From Candidatus Eiseniibacteriota bacterium (lineage in GTDB: Bacteria > Eisenbacteria > RBG-16-71-46 > CAIMUX01 > VGJL01): DNA of 64,000 nt. Positions 44,487-54,207 of this stretch are shown here, piece by piece. Every line of letters begins with the position of its first letter. Position 1 is the first letter of the stretch. Under the pieces are notes generated by a model that made no database searches, was not told the origin of the DNA, and saw only the letters and a list, made by a program, of their open reading frames with translations. Location: positions 1,216,001 to 1,280,000 of the forward strand of contig CAWBWI010000003.1 of NCBI GenBank assembly GCA_963792585.1, written 5' to 3'. The position numbers and the translations under genes are program-made.

Positions 44487-44514
44487 GTATCGGAATAGGG
44501 CGGCCCGGCCTTGA
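44487..44514 (-). promoter_or_regulatory. Sigma-28-like promoter of the porin-PBP-MCP operon
   Basis: TCAA-N16-TCCGATAC on the minus strand. Confidence 0.6.
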
Positions 44515-44600
44515 GATCTGGAAGGAATGGTCGCGAAGGTAGGAACCGGGCGGGGAAGATCTGGCGCGGACCCGATCGCGTCGGTTACGACGGATTGACG

Positions 44601-45008
44601 CTAGGCGGCCTTGCTCTGCTGGATGTAGTGGGCGTACTTCCGATCCGTGCCCTGGATGTGCTTGGAAAGCCAGTTGCGTAGAAAGACGGATGTCGAGATG
44701 CCGACGCCCAGCCGGTTGCTCCGGCGCCCTTGACGGAGCAGCAGCACCTGGTTGACGAACTCCTCATGTCTTTCCCGGTGCTCCTCCTGGTCCGGGCAAC
44801 CGTGCATCGCCATAAGGGCTTCCTCGGCGGTGAAGTGCGTCTTCGTATACTGGATCAGCGCCTCCAGGACGGTCCCGACCTGCTGATCGCCTCGGCCCAC
44901 CTTCATCGCTTCGTGCAGTTCATTGATGAGGTCCACCAGACGACGATGCTGATTGTCCATGGACTCGACACCGATCTCGAATTCCTTTCCCCACTCCATC
45001 AGAGGCAT
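44601..45008 (-). CDS. Stand-alone bacteriohemerythrin
   Basis: W...F.IGV..MD.QH, HF..EE, H...H, WL.KHI...D di-iron ligand set. Confidence 0.95.
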   Translation of the reverse strand: MPLMEWGKEFEIGVESMDNQHRRLVDLINELHEAMKVGRGDQQVGTVLEALIQYTKTHFTAEEALMAMHGCPDQEEHRERHEEFVNQVLLLRQGRRSNRLGVGISTSVFLRNWLSKHIQGTDRKYAHYIQQSKAA

Positions 45009-45128
45009 CCGGAGTTCCTCCCTGTGTTGATGGTTCGAAGAGCCCGGGGGATCGCCACGGGGCGTGGCGGGCCCTTGGCCCTGGGGACCCCGACCATCAG
45101 GGCCGCCGAGACATAGATGACATCCCTA

Positions 45129-45156
45129 CTATCGTCCCGGACCCGGGCGATGTTGA
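45129..45156 (-). promoter_or_regulatory. Sigma-28-like promoter of the hemerythrin gene
   Basis: TCAA-N16-GACGATAG on the minus strand. Confidence 0.55.
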
Positions 45157-45271
45157 TCCCGGAAACGTTCACCGCAGACGGCGCCATCTGACGTGGGAGT
45201 TCTCTGCAAGCACCTACCCCCGGCCGTGTCAACCGGAGGTCCGGCATTCGACTCACGGATCCTATCCAAGC

Positions 45272-45299
45272 TAAATGAGCCCCCTGGAACAGCCGAAGA
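45272..45299 (+). promoter_or_regulatory. Sigma-28-like promoter of the che operon
   Basis: TAAA-N16-GCCGAAGA upstream of cheA. Confidence 0.55.
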
Positions 45300-45402
45300 G
45301 GGACGAGGGACTCATCGGGTGCGCTCCCGGCGGTTCGGAAGGCGAGCTCCGGGTGGTGGGCCGTCGGGATGCAATTCCCCGATGAAAGCAGAGGGAGATC
45401 GG

Positions 45403-47910
45403 ATGGCAAAGCAGTCGGAAGCGAGAAGCCTTCTCCTGGAGTTGCTCAGACTCGAAGAAGCGGTGCTTGGTCGGTTGCTCGAGCAAAGGGGGGCGGGCTG
45501 GGCCGCGCAGCTGCCTCGCGCCATCGAGGGGCTCCGCGCGGTTCGCGGGCTTCTTGGGGGCAAGATGCAGCCTGCCGCGCAGGCTGCTGCCGTCGCAATG
45601 TGCGAAGTGCTCCATCAGGGTGACCCCTGCGACGACTCGCGGGATGAACCGACGGCGCTCCCTTGCGGGGGAGCAACGGTCCCTCTCCAGGAGACACTTC
45701 ATGAGGTCGCGATCCGTATGGTCCGGTCGGAGCCGGAAGACCCTGTGGCCATGGGAGAGCTGGTGAATCTCCTCGCCTCCGCTCGGGACGCGTTTGGATT
45801 GTCGGTCCACGTGCGCGATGATCTCGACGCACTGGTGACGAAGCTCTCGGCTCTCGCCTACGGGGCTTCGACGACGCCGCAAGATGACTTCTCCGAGGCG
45901 ACGCGGCTCATGGACCGCCTCACCACGCTCACAGCGGAGGAATCGGCCACGGAGGCCCCCGGGAACGGGCAGCCCGCCGGCGAGCCTGCGTCGAAGGAGC
46001 CGTCGATCCACAGGAGCGAGGCTGAGATCGCCCCGGCGGCATCGAGCAGCGAAGCAAGTGCGCCCTCGCCCGAGTCGGCGGCTTGGATCCTGACCGAGGA
46101 TATGGACGCCGCGCTGGTCGCCGATTTCGTCATGGAATGCAGCGAGTATACCCAGGGCGCGGAGGCGGCCCTCCTGGAGCTCGAGGGCGATCCGGAGCAC
46201 ACCGAGGCGATCAACACCGTCTTCCGTGCGTTCCACACTATCAAGGGTACATCCGGATTCCTTGGGATCGATCTTCTGAGCGAACTGGCCCACAAGGCGG
46301 AAAACCTGCTGAGCCGAATGCGGGACAAGCAGATCCGCTGCGTCGGTGGATATGCGGACCTGGCGCTTCGGGCGAATGACGGCGTCAAGGCGCTGATCGA
46401 CGGGGTCCGCCAGGCTCTGGGGGGGAGCGCCCTCGTGAAGCCCGCCGGCTACGACGACCTGATCAGGATCCTCGAAAACCCGGAGGCCTCCGGCATCAAC
46501 GAGAACGCGAGTGAGGCCCCGGCCTGCGGAGTCGGCGACGAGTTCGAGGAGGGGGATCTCGCGGAAACGGAGTGCGCAGACGCGGCAGAGGCCGCCGAGC
46601 CCGCTCGCGATTCCGGGGCGACCGCGGATCGAAAAGCGAATGCCGGGACACTGCGAGTAGCTCAGGTCATGCAGGGACAGAATGCCGCTTCCCGCGGCGG
46701 TTCCGACGACTCGTCGGTGCGGGTGCGGACCGACCGCCTGGATCGGTTGATCGACATGGTCGGGGAACTGGTCATCGCCCATTCCATGGTGTCCGAGGAT
46801 GGAGACTTGACCGGGGGGAGCAACCCGGACCTGGTCCGAAAAGTGGCGCACAGCAGCAAGATCGTGCGCGAACTGCAGGATCTCAGCATGTCGATGCGCA
46901 TGGTGCCGTTGAAGGCGACCTTCCTGAAAATGGCTCGACTCATCCGCGATCTGACCCACAAGAGCGATCGCCAGGTGATCCTCCACACAAGCGGAGAGGA
47001 GACGGAGATCGACCGGAACATGGTCGACATCCTGGCGGATCCGTTGATTCACATGATCCGCAACGCAGTGGATCACGGGATCGAACCGCCCGATGTGAGG
47101 GTGCGCGCCGGCAAGGATCGGATTGGAATCGTCACGCTCTCGGCCTACCACGCAGGCGGCAACGTCGTCGTGGAACTCCGTGACGACGGCCGCGGACTCG
47201 ATCGCGAGAGAATCGCTCAGAAGGCGATCGAACGTGGGCTGATCGAGAGCGACAAGGGCATGTCGGACAGCGACGTCTTCAGTCTGATCTTCGAGGCGGG
47301 TTTCTCGACCGCCGACAAGATCACGGAGGTTTCCGGCCGCGGCGTGGGAATGGACGTCGTGCGTCGCGCGGTTCAGTCCCTCCGGGGCCGCATCGAAATC
47401 CAGTCCGAGTTGGGTCGCGGAACGACCTTTGTCATCAAACTGCCCCTCACCCTTGCCGTGACCGACGGCATGTTGATTCGGGTCGGGAAGCAGCGATTCA
47501 TTCTGCCGACGGCTTCGATCCAGATGAGCTTCCGGCCTGACGCCGCCGCGGTGAAGACCGTTCTGGGCCGTGGGGAGCTGGTCATGCTGCGAAGTGACTT
47601 GATCCCCATCGTCCGGTTGCATCAGGTCTTCAGCATCCCCGGGGCGATCGAGTCGCCCACGGAAGCTCTGTTCGTCATCATTGCGGACGGCGAGCGCCAG
47701 TCCGCCGTTCTTGTCGATGAGATCCTCGGCCAGCAGCAGGTCGTGGCGAAGTCCCTGGGCGAGGGCACCGGAAAGGTCGCGGGGGTCGCCGGTGGGGCGA
47801 TCCTGGGAGACGGCAGGGTCGGGTTGATTCTCGATCCGTCGGGTCTGATCGGTTTGGCGCGGGGTGGGTCCAACTGGGAACACCGCGCGGTTCTCGAAGC
47901 GGTCGCTTGA
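45403..47910 (+). CDS. cheA: Chemotaxis histidine kinase CheA
   Basis: Hpt FRAFHTIKG, VRV..DRLDRLIDMVGELVI, HMIRNAVDHGIE, DDGRG, GFSTA..SGRGVGMDVV, CheW domain; ATG 45403 after GAGGGAG. Confidence 0.96.
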   Translation: MAKQSEARSLLLELLRLEEAVLGRLLEQRGAGWAAQLPRAIEGLRAVRGLLGGKMQPAAQAAAVAMCEVLHQGDPCDDSRDEPTALPCGGATVPLQETLHEVAIRMVRSEPEDPVAMGELVNLLASARDAFGLSVHVRDDLDALVTKLSALAYGASTTPQDDFSEATRLMDRLTTLTAEESATEAPGNGQPAGEPASKEPSIHRSEAEIAPAASSSEASAPSPESAAWILTEDMDAALVADFVMECSEYTQGAEAALLELEGDPEHTEAINTVFRAFHTIKGTSGFLGIDLLSELAHKAENLLSRMRDKQIRCVGGYADLALRANDGVKALIDGVRQALGGSALVKPAGYDDLIRILENPEASGINENASEAPACGVGDEFEEGDLAETECADAAEAAEPARDSGATADRKANAGTLRVAQVMQGQNAASRGGSDDSSVRVRTDRLDRLIDMVGELVIAHSMVSEDGDLTGGSNPDLVRKVAHSSKIVRELQDLSMSMRMVPLKATFLKMARLIRDLTHKSDRQVILHTSGEETEIDRNMVDILADPLIHMIRNAVDHGIEPPDVRVRAGKDRIGIVTLSAYHAGGNVVVELRDDGRGLDRERIAQKAIERGLIESDKGMSDSDVFSLIFEAGFSTADKITEVSGRGVGMDVVRRAVQSLRGRIEIQSELGRGTTFVIKLPLTLAVTDGMLIRVGKQRFILPTASIQMSFRPDAAAVKTVLGRGELVMLRSDLIPIVRLHQVFSIPGAIESPTEALFVIIADGERQSAVLVDEILGQQQVVAKSLGEGTGKVAGVAGGAILGDGRVGLILDPSGLIGLARGGSNWEHRAVLEAVA

Positions 47911-47921
47911 GGAGGCAATCA

Positions 47922-48413
47922 ATGGCTCTGAAAGAGGGCGGTAACGATCGGGGAGGCAAGTACCTCACCTTCTACTTGGCGGGTGAGGAGTACGGCCTGG
48001 AGATTCTGAAAGTCCAGGAGATCATCGGAATGATGGACGTGACCCCGGTGCCGGGTTCCCCCGAGCATGTCCGCGGCGTCATCAATCTCCGGGGGAAAGT
48101 CATCCCCGTGGTCGATCTTCGACGGCGCTTCGGAATGGAGACGGCGGAGACTACGTCGGAGACGTGCATCATCGTCGTGCAGACGAACCGGATCCAGACC
48201 GGCATCGTTGTGGATCAGGTGTCGGAAGTCTCGAACATCAGTTCGGGCGACGTCGAGGATGCCCCGACCTTCGGCGCGGGGGTCGAGACCGACTACATCC
48301 TGGGAATCGGCAAGGCGGAGGGTCGCGTCAGGTTGCTGCTCGACATCGATCGCGTCCTGGCTTGCACATCATCCGAGGAGAGCGGTGCGCTGCGTCACGA
48401 GGAGGCGGCCTAG
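47922..48413 (+). CDS. cheW: Chemotaxis coupling protein CheW
   Basis: KYLTF.L..EEYG, GVINLRGKVIPVVDLR, GIVVD.V.EV. Confidence 0.96.
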   Translation: MALKEGGNDRGGKYLTFYLAGEEYGLEILKVQEIIGMMDVTPVPGSPEHVRGVINLRGKVIPVVDLRRRFGMETAETTSETCIIVVQTNRIQTGIVVDQVSEVSNISSGDVEDAPTFGAGVETDYILGIGKAEGRVRLLLDIDRVLACTSSEESGALRHEEAA

Positions 48414-48460
48414 TCAAATGACGCGGGCGCGGGGTCCTGCGCCGTGTCAGGGGGGATCGA

Positions 48461-50656
48461 ATGAGCGGACTGAAGGATGTCGGGATCGGGAAGAAGTTGG
48501 TCGGCGGTTTCCTCGTGGGCTCCATGATCTGCGCGATCGTCGGGGTGGTCGGATTCCTGGGCATGGGTCAGATGATGAACGGATTCGATCAGGTGACGAC
48601 CAATCGCATGCCCAGCGTGGACGCCCTGCTGACAATCAGCGACGCCATCAATGCGGTGATGGTTGGAGAACGCGGGCTCATCAACAGCCGCTTGTTGGAT
48701 CCTCAGATGCGCCAGGCCCAGTATGCATACATCGACAAGGCATGGGCGGGCGCCGACAAGGCATGGAGGATCTATGAGCCTCTCCCGCAAACGCGGGAGG
48801 AAGCCAGGGTCTGGAGCGAATTCGTTCCGCTCTGGAACAACTGGAAGTCCGGGCACGAGCAGGTACGCCGCCTCTGCGAGAGGAAAGACCAGCTGATGGC
48901 CGCGGGGATGGACGCCGACGGCTCCGCGATCACCGCGCTCGACCGGGAGACCTTTCAGACGTTTCTCGATGCGCGGGCGAACTTCCTCGTCGCCAATGAG
49001 AAGTTGGTCCGGCTCGTCGAAATCAATCGGGAAGTGGCGCAAGCCGAAGGATTGGCTGCGGATCGTACCCAACGCCGGGCCCAGACCGCTCTGGTGATCT
49101 TCACCTTGATCGGGGCCGCCATATCGCTCTTCATGGGCTACTATCTCTCCCGCGGCATCACGGGTCCGCTGGCCCGCGGGGTGGAGATGATGCAGGAACT
49201 CGGCCGCGGCCGCCTGGGACGGCGCCTGCAGCTTTCCCGCCGCGATGAGATCGGCGTGTTGGCCGATACCATGGACTCGTTCGCGGATGACCTGCAGAAC
49301 CAGGTAATCGGCAGCATGAAGCGGATCGCCGCCGGCGATCTGAGCGTCGAACCGACCCCGAAGGATTCGAAGGACGAGATCACGCCCGCCCTGCAGGCCA
49401 CCATTCACACCCTGCGGAATCTCATCACGGAGTCGGTCACGCTCTCCCGCGCCGCCGTCGAGGGAAAGCTCTCCACCCGTGGCGATGCCGGCAAGTTCCA
49501 GGGCGGATATCGCGAAATCCTCGATGGGGTCAACCAGACGCTCGACTCGGTGATTCAACCGCTGCAGGAGGCCGGCTCCGTGCTGGAGCGTGTGGCGAAC
49601 CGTGACCTTTCGGCGCGCATGACCGGCGAGTATCGAGGAGACGTTGCCAAGTTCAAGGCGTCGCTGAACCTTGCGGTCGCGAATCTCGACGACAGCATGC
49701 AGCAGGTCGCGATGGCCGTGGAGCAGGTGGCGGCCGCCGCGGGCCAGATCGGGGTCGGGAGCCAGTCCCTGGCTCAGGGCGCGAGCGAGCAAGCCAGCTC
49801 GCTGGAGGAGGTCAGCAGCTCCCTGCAGGAGATCAACTCCATGACGCAGGGTAACGCGGCCAATGCCAAGGAGGCGCGGGGCCTATCGGAAGGGGCGCGG
49901 CAGAGCGCCAGCCGGGGTCTCGAGGGGATGCAGCGCATGAGCGAGGCCATGGAGAAGATCAAGGTCTCCTCCGACTCGACAGCGAAGATCCTCAAGACGA
50001 TCGATGAAATCGCCTTCCAGACCAACCTCCTCGCGTTGAACGCGGCAGTCGAAGCGGCTCGCGCCGGGGATGCCGGCAAGGGCTTTGCGGTCGTGGCCGA
50101 AGAGGTTCGCAACCTGGCCATGCGTAGCGCGGAGGCGGCCAAGAACACGGCCAATCTGATCGAGGAATCGGTTCAGAATGCCGAGGGTGGGGTGGCGCTC
50201 AACCGCGAGGTCTTGACTCAGCTCGAGGAGATTGCCAACCAAGCCAACAAGGTGACCGAGGTCATGCGCGAAATCGCGCTCTCCTCCGAGCAGGAGCAGA
50301 TGGGGATTGCGCAGATCACGACCGCGGTGGACCAGATGAACCAGGTGACGCAACAGAACGCGGCAGGTTCCCAGGAGTCCGCCTCCGCCGGCGAGGAGCT
50401 TACGGCTCAGGCCCAGGAGTTGCGCTCGCTCGTAAGTCAGTTCCGCGTCACCCATGCCGTAACCTCCACGCACAACGTCGCGAAGAGCAGCACCATGCGC
50501 GCCACAGGCACGGACGGTCGACAGACGCAGGGCAGTCCGGCGGGCGGTCCGCGACCCAAGCTGGGGCTCGTCCGCGGGAGCAAGCCCTCGGCTTCGGATC
50601 TCGAGAAGCTCATTCCCATGGATGGCGGCGACGAGGATGCGTTGAGGCGCTTCTGA
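48461..50656 (+). CDS. Methyl-accepting chemotaxis protein (4HB-type sensor, multiple HAMPs)
   Basis: Two TMs, periplasmic helical bundle, HAMP RRDEIG.LA, signalling hairpin, C-terminal ALRRF pentapeptide-like tail. Confidence 0.95.
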   Translation: MSGLKDVGIGKKLVGGFLVGSMICAIVGVVGFLGMGQMMNGFDQVTTNRMPSVDALLTISDAINAVMVGERGLINSRLLDPQMRQAQYAYIDKAWAGADKAWRIYEPLPQTREEARVWSEFVPLWNNWKSGHEQVRRLCERKDQLMAAGMDADGSAITALDRETFQTFLDARANFLVANEKLVRLVEINREVAQAEGLAADRTQRRAQTALVIFTLIGAAISLFMGYYLSRGITGPLARGVEMMQELGRGRLGRRLQLSRRDEIGVLADTMDSFADDLQNQVIGSMKRIAAGDLSVEPTPKDSKDEITPALQATIHTLRNLITESVTLSRAAVEGKLSTRGDAGKFQGGYREILDGVNQTLDSVIQPLQEAGSVLERVANRDLSARMTGEYRGDVAKFKASLNLAVANLDDSMQQVAMAVEQVAAAAGQIGVGSQSLAQGASEQASSLEEVSSSLQEINSMTQGNAANAKEARGLSEGARQSASRGLEGMQRMSEAMEKIKVSSDSTAKILKTIDEIAFQTNLLALNAAVEAARAGDAGKGFAVVAEEVRNLAMRSAEAAKNTANLIEESVQNAEGGVALNREVLTQLEEIANQANKVTEVMREIALSSEQEQMGIAQITTAVDQMNQVTQQNAAGSQESASAGEELTAQAQELRSLVSQFRVTHAVTSTHNVAKSSTMRATGTDGRQTQGSPAGGPRPKLGLVRGSKPSASDLEKLIPMDGGDEDALRRF

Positions 50657-50838
50657 TGTGGAGTGGACTCAGGGGCCCGGAGAAGTCCGGCGCCCCTGGG
50701 CCCGGGCCTCTGATCGAGTTGAGGCATTGGCGTGGTTTCCCGGATCAGGAGGGAGTGCGGCCCGTGATCAGTTGCTTTCGGCACTCGAATCGAAGTCGCC
50801 TGCGGAGAGGCGCCTAAGTCCTGCGGGCGGCGGAAGCC

Positions 50839-51723
50839 ATGATGGACCCGGCGGTCAAGCCACCTTCGTCTCCGTTCCCGGACTTCGCTCCGGCGGAGGC
50901 CGGATCCGTCCCGCTCAGCGCATCGCAGTTCACACGAATCACCGACATCCTCCATCGCCTCACCGGCATCGATCTGAAACCCGGCAAGGAACAGCTGGTC
51001 AAAGCGCGACTCTGGAAGCGCATTCGCGCCCAGGGCCTGCAAGGATACGAGGAGTACCTGGCACTCCTGGAAGGTCCCAATGGCGCCGAGGAACTGATCC
51101 GAATGGTCGAATCCTTGACGACCCATGAGACCTACTTCTTCAGGGAGTCCAAGCATTACGAGTACCTCTGCACCAGATTGCAGGGCTGGTTCTCCACCCA
51201 CGACTCTCTCCGTATCTGGAGCGCGGGCTGCTCGACCGGGGAGGAGCCCTATTCGATCGCGATGATCCTCTCCGAGACGCTCCCGGGCGCCTCCCAGAAG
51301 AACGTCAAGATCCTAGCTACCGATATCTCCGGCAGGGTCGTGCGTGCGGCCCGCGAGGGGCACTACGGCGAGAAGGACGTGAGCGACGTTCCTCGGGCTC
51401 TTCTCCAACGCTACTTCGTCGTCGATCCGGCGGACCCGTCCGAACCGTACCGCGTGAAGCCCGAAATCGCCTCCATGGTGACGTTCGCAAAGCTCAACCT
51501 GATGGGACCGTGGCCCATGCAGGGACCCTTCCACTTCATCTTCTGCCGAAACGTCATGATCTACTTCGACCATGCGACGCAAACCGAACTGGTCGGTAGA
51601 CTCACCGGGCTGCTCGCCCCCGGCGGCGCGCTCTTCGTGGGGCATTCCGAGAGTCTCCGCAGTGGAATCGAGGGGCTCCGGTTCGTTCTCCCGGCGATCT
51701 ACGAAAGACAAACCGGATGTTGA
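50839..51723 (+). CDS. cheR: Chemotaxis methyltransferase CheR
   Basis: LTTHETYFFRE, IWSAGCSTGEEPYS, ATDIS, IFCRNVMIYFD, GHSESL. Confidence 0.96.
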   Translation: MMDPAVKPPSSPFPDFAPAEAGSVPLSASQFTRITDILHRLTGIDLKPGKEQLVKARLWKRIRAQGLQGYEEYLALLEGPNGAEELIRMVESLTTHETYFFRESKHYEYLCTRLQGWFSTHDSLRIWSAGCSTGEEPYSIAMILSETLPGASQKNVKILATDISGRVVRAAREGHYGEKDVSDVPRALLQRYFVVDPADPSEPYRVKPEIASMVTFAKLNLMGPWPMQGPFHFIFCRNVMIYFDHATQTELVGRLTGLLAPGGALFVGHSESLRSGIEGLRFVLPAIYERQTGC

Positions 51724-51739
51724 TATCGAGGGGTCAGGC

Positions 51740-52252
51740 TTGAACGTCACGGTTGGAATGGCGGAATTCAAGGTGCTGCATGCGCGTGAGGATACCCTTA
51801 TCACGCACGCACTCGGGAGCTGCCTGGGCATCACGGTCTTCGACCCGGTTCTGGGCGTTGGGGGTCTTCTCCATGCCATGCTGCCCGACTCCACGATCGA
51901 TCCGAGGAAGGCGCGTGACAACCCGGCGATGTTCATCGATACCGGCGTTCCTCTGCTCTTCCGAGAGTGCTATGCCCTGGGGGCGCAGAAACAGAGGATG
52001 ATTCTCAAGGTTGCGGGAGGCGCGACCTCCCGAGCCCACCCTCAGGATGACTATTTCCGGATCGGCGAGCGAAACTTCATCGCGCTGCGCAAACTTCTCT
52101 GGAAGAACAACGTTCTCATCGACGCTCACGACGTCGGGGGGACCGAATCGAGAACCATGCTCTTCTCCCTTTGGAACGGGGAAGTCCAGATCCGCAAGAA
52201 TGGGGCCTTGACTGCGCTCTGCCGCGGCGGGGAGGTCTCACCATGTCCCTGA
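51740..52252 (+). CDS. cheD: Chemoreceptor glutamine deamidase CheD
   Basis: THALGSCLG, LHAMLP, KVAGGA, IGERN, DVGG..SRT; TTG 51740 after GAGGGG. Confidence 0.94.
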   Translation: MNVTVGMAEFKVLHAREDTLITHALGSCLGITVFDPVLGVGGLLHAMLPDSTIDPRKARDNPAMFIDTGVPLLFRECYALGAQKQRMILKVAGGATSRAHPQDDYFRIGERNFIALRKLLWKNNVLIDAHDVGGTESRTMLFSLWNGEVQIRKNGALTALCRGGEVSPCP

Positions 52253-52671
52253 ATGTCCTGATCGTGGACGACAGCGCCGTCATGCGGAAGGTGATGCTGA
52301 AGACGCTCCGTCTCTCGGGTCTCGCGCTGGGGGAGATGCACGAGGCGGGGAACGGCGTCGAAGGGTTGTCCGTGATCGCCAAGAACCGGATCGACCTCGT
52401 CCTGGTGGATATCAACATGCCGATCATGAACGGGCAGGAGATGATCGAGAACCTGAGGGCCAATCCCGCAACGGAAGGCCTCCCCGTGATCGTCGTCTCG
52501 ACGGATGCAAGCGCGAGCCGGGTGGACATGATGCGGAAGCATGGCGCCCAGTTCGTTCAGAAGCCATTTACCGCCGAAGAGCTTCGCGACAAGGTCTTCG
52601 CCGTGACGGGAGCAAGCCATGACGAACTCGCTGACGAGAGAGCTGTTCAGGGCGACGGCCCTGACTTTTGA
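52243..52671 (+). CDS. cheY: CheY-like response regulator
   Basis: VLIVDDS, VDINMPIMNG, VVST, KPF. Confidence 0.88.
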   Translation: MSLNVLIVDDSAVMRKVMLKTLRLSGLALGEMHEAGNGVEGLSVIAKNRIDLVLVDINMPIMNGQEMIENLRANPATEGLPVIVVSTDASASRVDMMRKHGAQFVQKPFTAEELRDKVFAVTGASHDELADERAVQGDGPDF

Positions 52672-53101
52672 CAGTCTCGCCTTCGCGATTGTCTCCCCGG
52701 AGGTGCCGCCGGCCGACGTGGAGCCCCGTTTGGATGGGGCCGTCCAGGTCGGGTTCCACGGCTCCTTCGGCGGAAGGCTGGTCCTCGGTGTGAGCGGCGG
52801 CATATTGCCCGGCCTCGCGGCGAACATGCTGGGGGATGAGGACTCCATGACGCCACGGGCGCAGTGGGATGCGCTGGGAGAGATGGCCAACGTCATCTGT
52901 GGAAACGTGCTGACGTGGATTGCGGGGAAGGAGAGCACGTTCCTCCTCGATGCTCCAAAGCGCGTTGGGGAGCCGGAGTTGATCGCTCCGCCGGATGTCG
53001 AGACCGCGCGGATTCAACTCGGATTGGAGGAGGGGAGGGCCGATGTCCTCCTCGTCCTGGATCGGGCGCCGGCGCCGGTCGTGGAAGGCCCCAACCCGTG
53101 A
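52619..53101 (+). CDS. cheX: CheX-family phosphatase
   Basis: V.F.G.F.G.L, LAANMLG, DALGEMANVICGN (ExxN motif). Confidence 0.85.
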   Translation: MTNSLTRELFRATALTFDSLAFAIVSPEVPPADVEPRLDGAVQVGFHGSFGGRLVLGVSGGILPGLAANMLGDEDSMTPRAQWDALGEMANVICGNVLTWIAGKESTFLLDAPKRVGEPELIAPPDVETARIQLGLEEGRADVLLVLDRAPAPVVEGPNP

Positions 53102-54159
53102 TTCGCGTATTGGTCGTCGATGATTCCGCCATCGTGCGGAAGAGCCTGACGGAACAGCTGAGCAAGCACGCGGATATCGAGGTGATCGGCGCGGCCGTCG
53201 ACCCCTATCACGCGCGCGAGATGATCGCGCAACTCAGGCCGGATGTGCTCACCCTGGATCTCGAAATGCCAAGGATGGACGGCCTCTCGTTCCTGGCCAA
53301 GCTGATGAAGCACTACCCGCTTCCCGTCGTGATCGTCAGTTCCCTGGCCCCGGAGCACAGCGAAACGGCAATCCGGGCATTTGAACTCGGGGCGGTGGAA
53401 GTCATATGCAAGCCGGGAGGCCAGCTGTCCTCGGCGGACATCGGGCGCAAGGTGGCGGAGGCGATCCGGGCGGCGGCAGTCTCTCGCCCGGCGCTGCGTC
53501 TACCGGTACCCGTGCGCAAGGAGCCGGAGGTCGGCGCGGAGCAGTCGACACTGCAACAGACCACAGACAAGGTGATTGCCATCGGAGCCTCGACGGGGGG
53601 GACGAATGCCCTCGAGGTGATACTGACGGATCTTCCGCCTCATCTTCCGGGCATCGTGGTCGTGCAGCACATGCCGGAGCACTTCACGGAAGCCTTTGCC
53701 AATCGGTTGAACACGGTCTGCTCGATGGAAGTGCGGGAGGCCCGCGACGGCGAGTGGATCACGAGGGGGGTCGCCCTGATCGCGCCGGGGAATCACCATC
53801 TTCTGGTGCAGCGAAGCGGCGCCCGCTACGTGGCGCGCGTGAAGGACGGTCCCACGGTGCACCATCAACGCCCGGCCGTCGACGTGCTCTTCGATTCGGT
53901 CGCGGCCGCCGTCGGCCGGAACGCGCTCGGCGTGATCCTGACCGGTATGGGCGCGGACGGGGCGCAGGGGTTGCTCACCATGAAGCAGGCCGGCGCCCAC
54001 ACGCTGGCCCAAGACGAGCAGACGTCCATCGTCTTTGGCATGCCCAAGGAGGCCATCGCCCTGGGCGCGGCGGACGAGGTCGTGCCGCTCCAGATGATGG
54101 CTCCATCGATTTTGCGAGCCTTGAAGCAAATGGAGAAGGAAGAATCCAGGGCAGCTTAG
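53098..54159 (+). CDS. cheB: Chemotaxis methylesterase CheB
   Basis: Receiver domain plus IGASTGG, VQHMP, RPAVDVLF, LTGMGADGA; GTGA overlap with cheX. Confidence 0.96.
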   Translation: MIRVLVVDDSAIVRKSLTEQLSKHADIEVIGAAVDPYHAREMIAQLRPDVLTLDLEMPRMDGLSFLAKLMKHYPLPVVIVSSLAPEHSETAIRAFELGAVEVICKPGGQLSSADIGRKVAEAIRAAAVSRPALRLPVPVRKEPEVGAEQSTLQQTTDKVIAIGASTGGTNALEVILTDLPPHLPGIVVVQHMPEHFTEAFANRLNTVCSMEVREARDGEWITRGVALIAPGNHHLLVQRSGARYVARVKDGPTVHHQRPAVDVLFDSVAAAVGRNALGVILTGMGADGAQGLLTMKQAGAHTLAQDEQTSIVFGMPKEAIALGAADEVVPLQMMAPSILRALKQMEKEESRAA

Positions 54160-54207
54160 CGGAGGCGACGCCCGACGCGACGACCGCGCCGGAGGGAGAT
54201 ACTGAGT

